A DNA stretch of 64,000 nt from Sphaerodactylus townsendi (lineage: Eukaryota): assembly GCF_021028975.2 (NCBI RefSeq), contig NC_059437.1, forward strand, positions 32,240,001 through 32,304,000. The letters are read 5' to 3'. A program made the position numbers and the translations under genes. Below, one piece after another: positions 62,610-64,000 of this stretch. The notes under the pieces were generated by a model that saw only the letters and a program-made list of their open reading frames with translations, had not been told where the DNA came from and did not search any database. Positions within the stretch are counted from its first letter, which is position 1. Each line of letters starts with the position of its first letter.

Positions 62610-63029
62610 AGGTGGATTTATAGTTGACAAAACACAAGAGGCTGCTAGCATGCAAAATCTCAGCTGTGCCTCTGGATCACATGCCTTGAGACCTCAGGGC
62701 CACATGCTACCGTATCTCGTTTTATTACTTTCAAAGACCTAAATCACATATATTATTTGAATGTGGTGAAGTTACTGGAATAAGGACAGACCAGGAAATG
62801 AAAGTTCAACATATTTGTGCATTTGTTCAGAATGTATCACATCTCCGTTATCTCTATGTGCTGCAAAGAAATTGGACTTATCAAAATTATGAAGTTAATT
62901 ATTGCCCTTGTTCTTAGGCTTCCTGGTTTGTTTTAGCAAGACGTGTGATCTCACATACCCAAGTTGCCTCCCTTCATTGCTGAAGCAAGTGCTTGTTCTG
63001 TAAATATGGATTAAAAATATCAGATCAGG

Positions 63030-63610
63030 TGAGATACCAAATTAGGTTCAAAATGTTAGTATTAACTTTGAAAGACCTAAATGGTCTGAGACCATCATAC
63101 CTGTGGGACCATGTTTCCTGGTTTGCCCCCCAGAGAGCATTACACTCAGTAAATAACCTTCTGACCCGAAAAGTATCTGGCTGTCCTCAACCAGTGCCAG
63201 AATCTTTTTGGCTCTGGTCTTGGCCTGGTGGAATGCTCTGTCAAATAAAACTAGGGCCCTGTGGGATTTATCCCACTTCCACAGGGCCTGTAAGATGGAG
63301 CTGTTCTGCCAAGTCCATGGTTGAGGGCAACAATGGTTTTTCTCCATCTTAGCTGGCCTCCCTTTCCCATCCTTTTCTCTTCCCCTTTTTCCTATATTTC
63401 CTTTGCCCCTTTCTTTCTTTCCTTCCTTCTTGTTAACTGGTTTTCTTTATTAATTTGATTAGCATGATTTAAAATTTAGATTGCTCTGCCCTTTACTGGA
63501 TTTATTTAACTGCCATAGTTGTATAGCTTTTATGCTTTATGTTGTAAACTGCTCTGAGCCTGTTGCAAAAGGGAGGTCAGTCTAGAAATTTAATTAACAA
63601 ACAAACAAAT
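63030..63610 (+). mobile_element. Degenerate L2-type LINE 3' fragment
   Basis: Remnant IRFKMLVLTLKDLNGLRPSYL resembles the L2 ORF2 C-terminus; 3' end TGTAAACTGCTCTGAGCC...AAATTTAAT(AAAC)n. Confidence 0.5.
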
Positions 63611-64000
63611 AGGGCCCCCCCTTAAATATCTTTTGCTGTGTTCTGGAGCACTCAAAATGTCGGGCACAAGCTGAGTGTGAAACTGAACAGACAGCAAAAC
63701 TATCAGGTGGGAAATATCCTCTTTCCCCCTCTGTTGCCTTTGCTGTACCAGAAGATGCCTCTTTTTAAGATATTTCCCAGATGTCTTATTTTGGGTGTAC
63801 AGCGTGAAAGAGGCAGTTTCCTCTTTTTAAGACGTCTTACAGATATATATTTTTTGTGCTGTGCAGAACAGACCAATATGTCAGGGAATAATCTTGGTAT
63901 TTTCTATTTTGATAACAAAAAATACTGTTCATGTGAGAACTGTTTTGTCTGAAAGGAAGGAGGGGTTTTTTTGGGTAGAATTCTTTAACAGGTTGGGGAA

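Overview
Vertebrate genomic DNA, very likely a squamate (gecko-like SINE/MITE/Penelope/Rex1 repeat complement; species not determinable). Gene order: last four coding exons of TAF1 (+), complete 22-exon OGT (+, 1045 aa), a divergent centrin paralogue (+, GC-AG intron), a 4-exon GATD3/ElbB-like DJ-1-superfamily gene lacking a mitochondrial presequence (-, 224 aa), and, head-to-head with it, a 9-exon gene (+, 873 aa) whose product appears to be three tandem SatP/YaaH/Gpr1/Fun34 (AceTr) carboxylate-channel repeats fused to a Sua5/YrdC-like domain with an altered KxR motif. That fusion and its divergent ElbB-like neighbour are the most unusual system here. OGT intron 4 shows a long-range RNA duplex with two competing partner sites near the exon 5 acceptor. 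The rest is interspersed repeats and two N gaps. All homology calls are by eye against remembered family motifs, not database searches.
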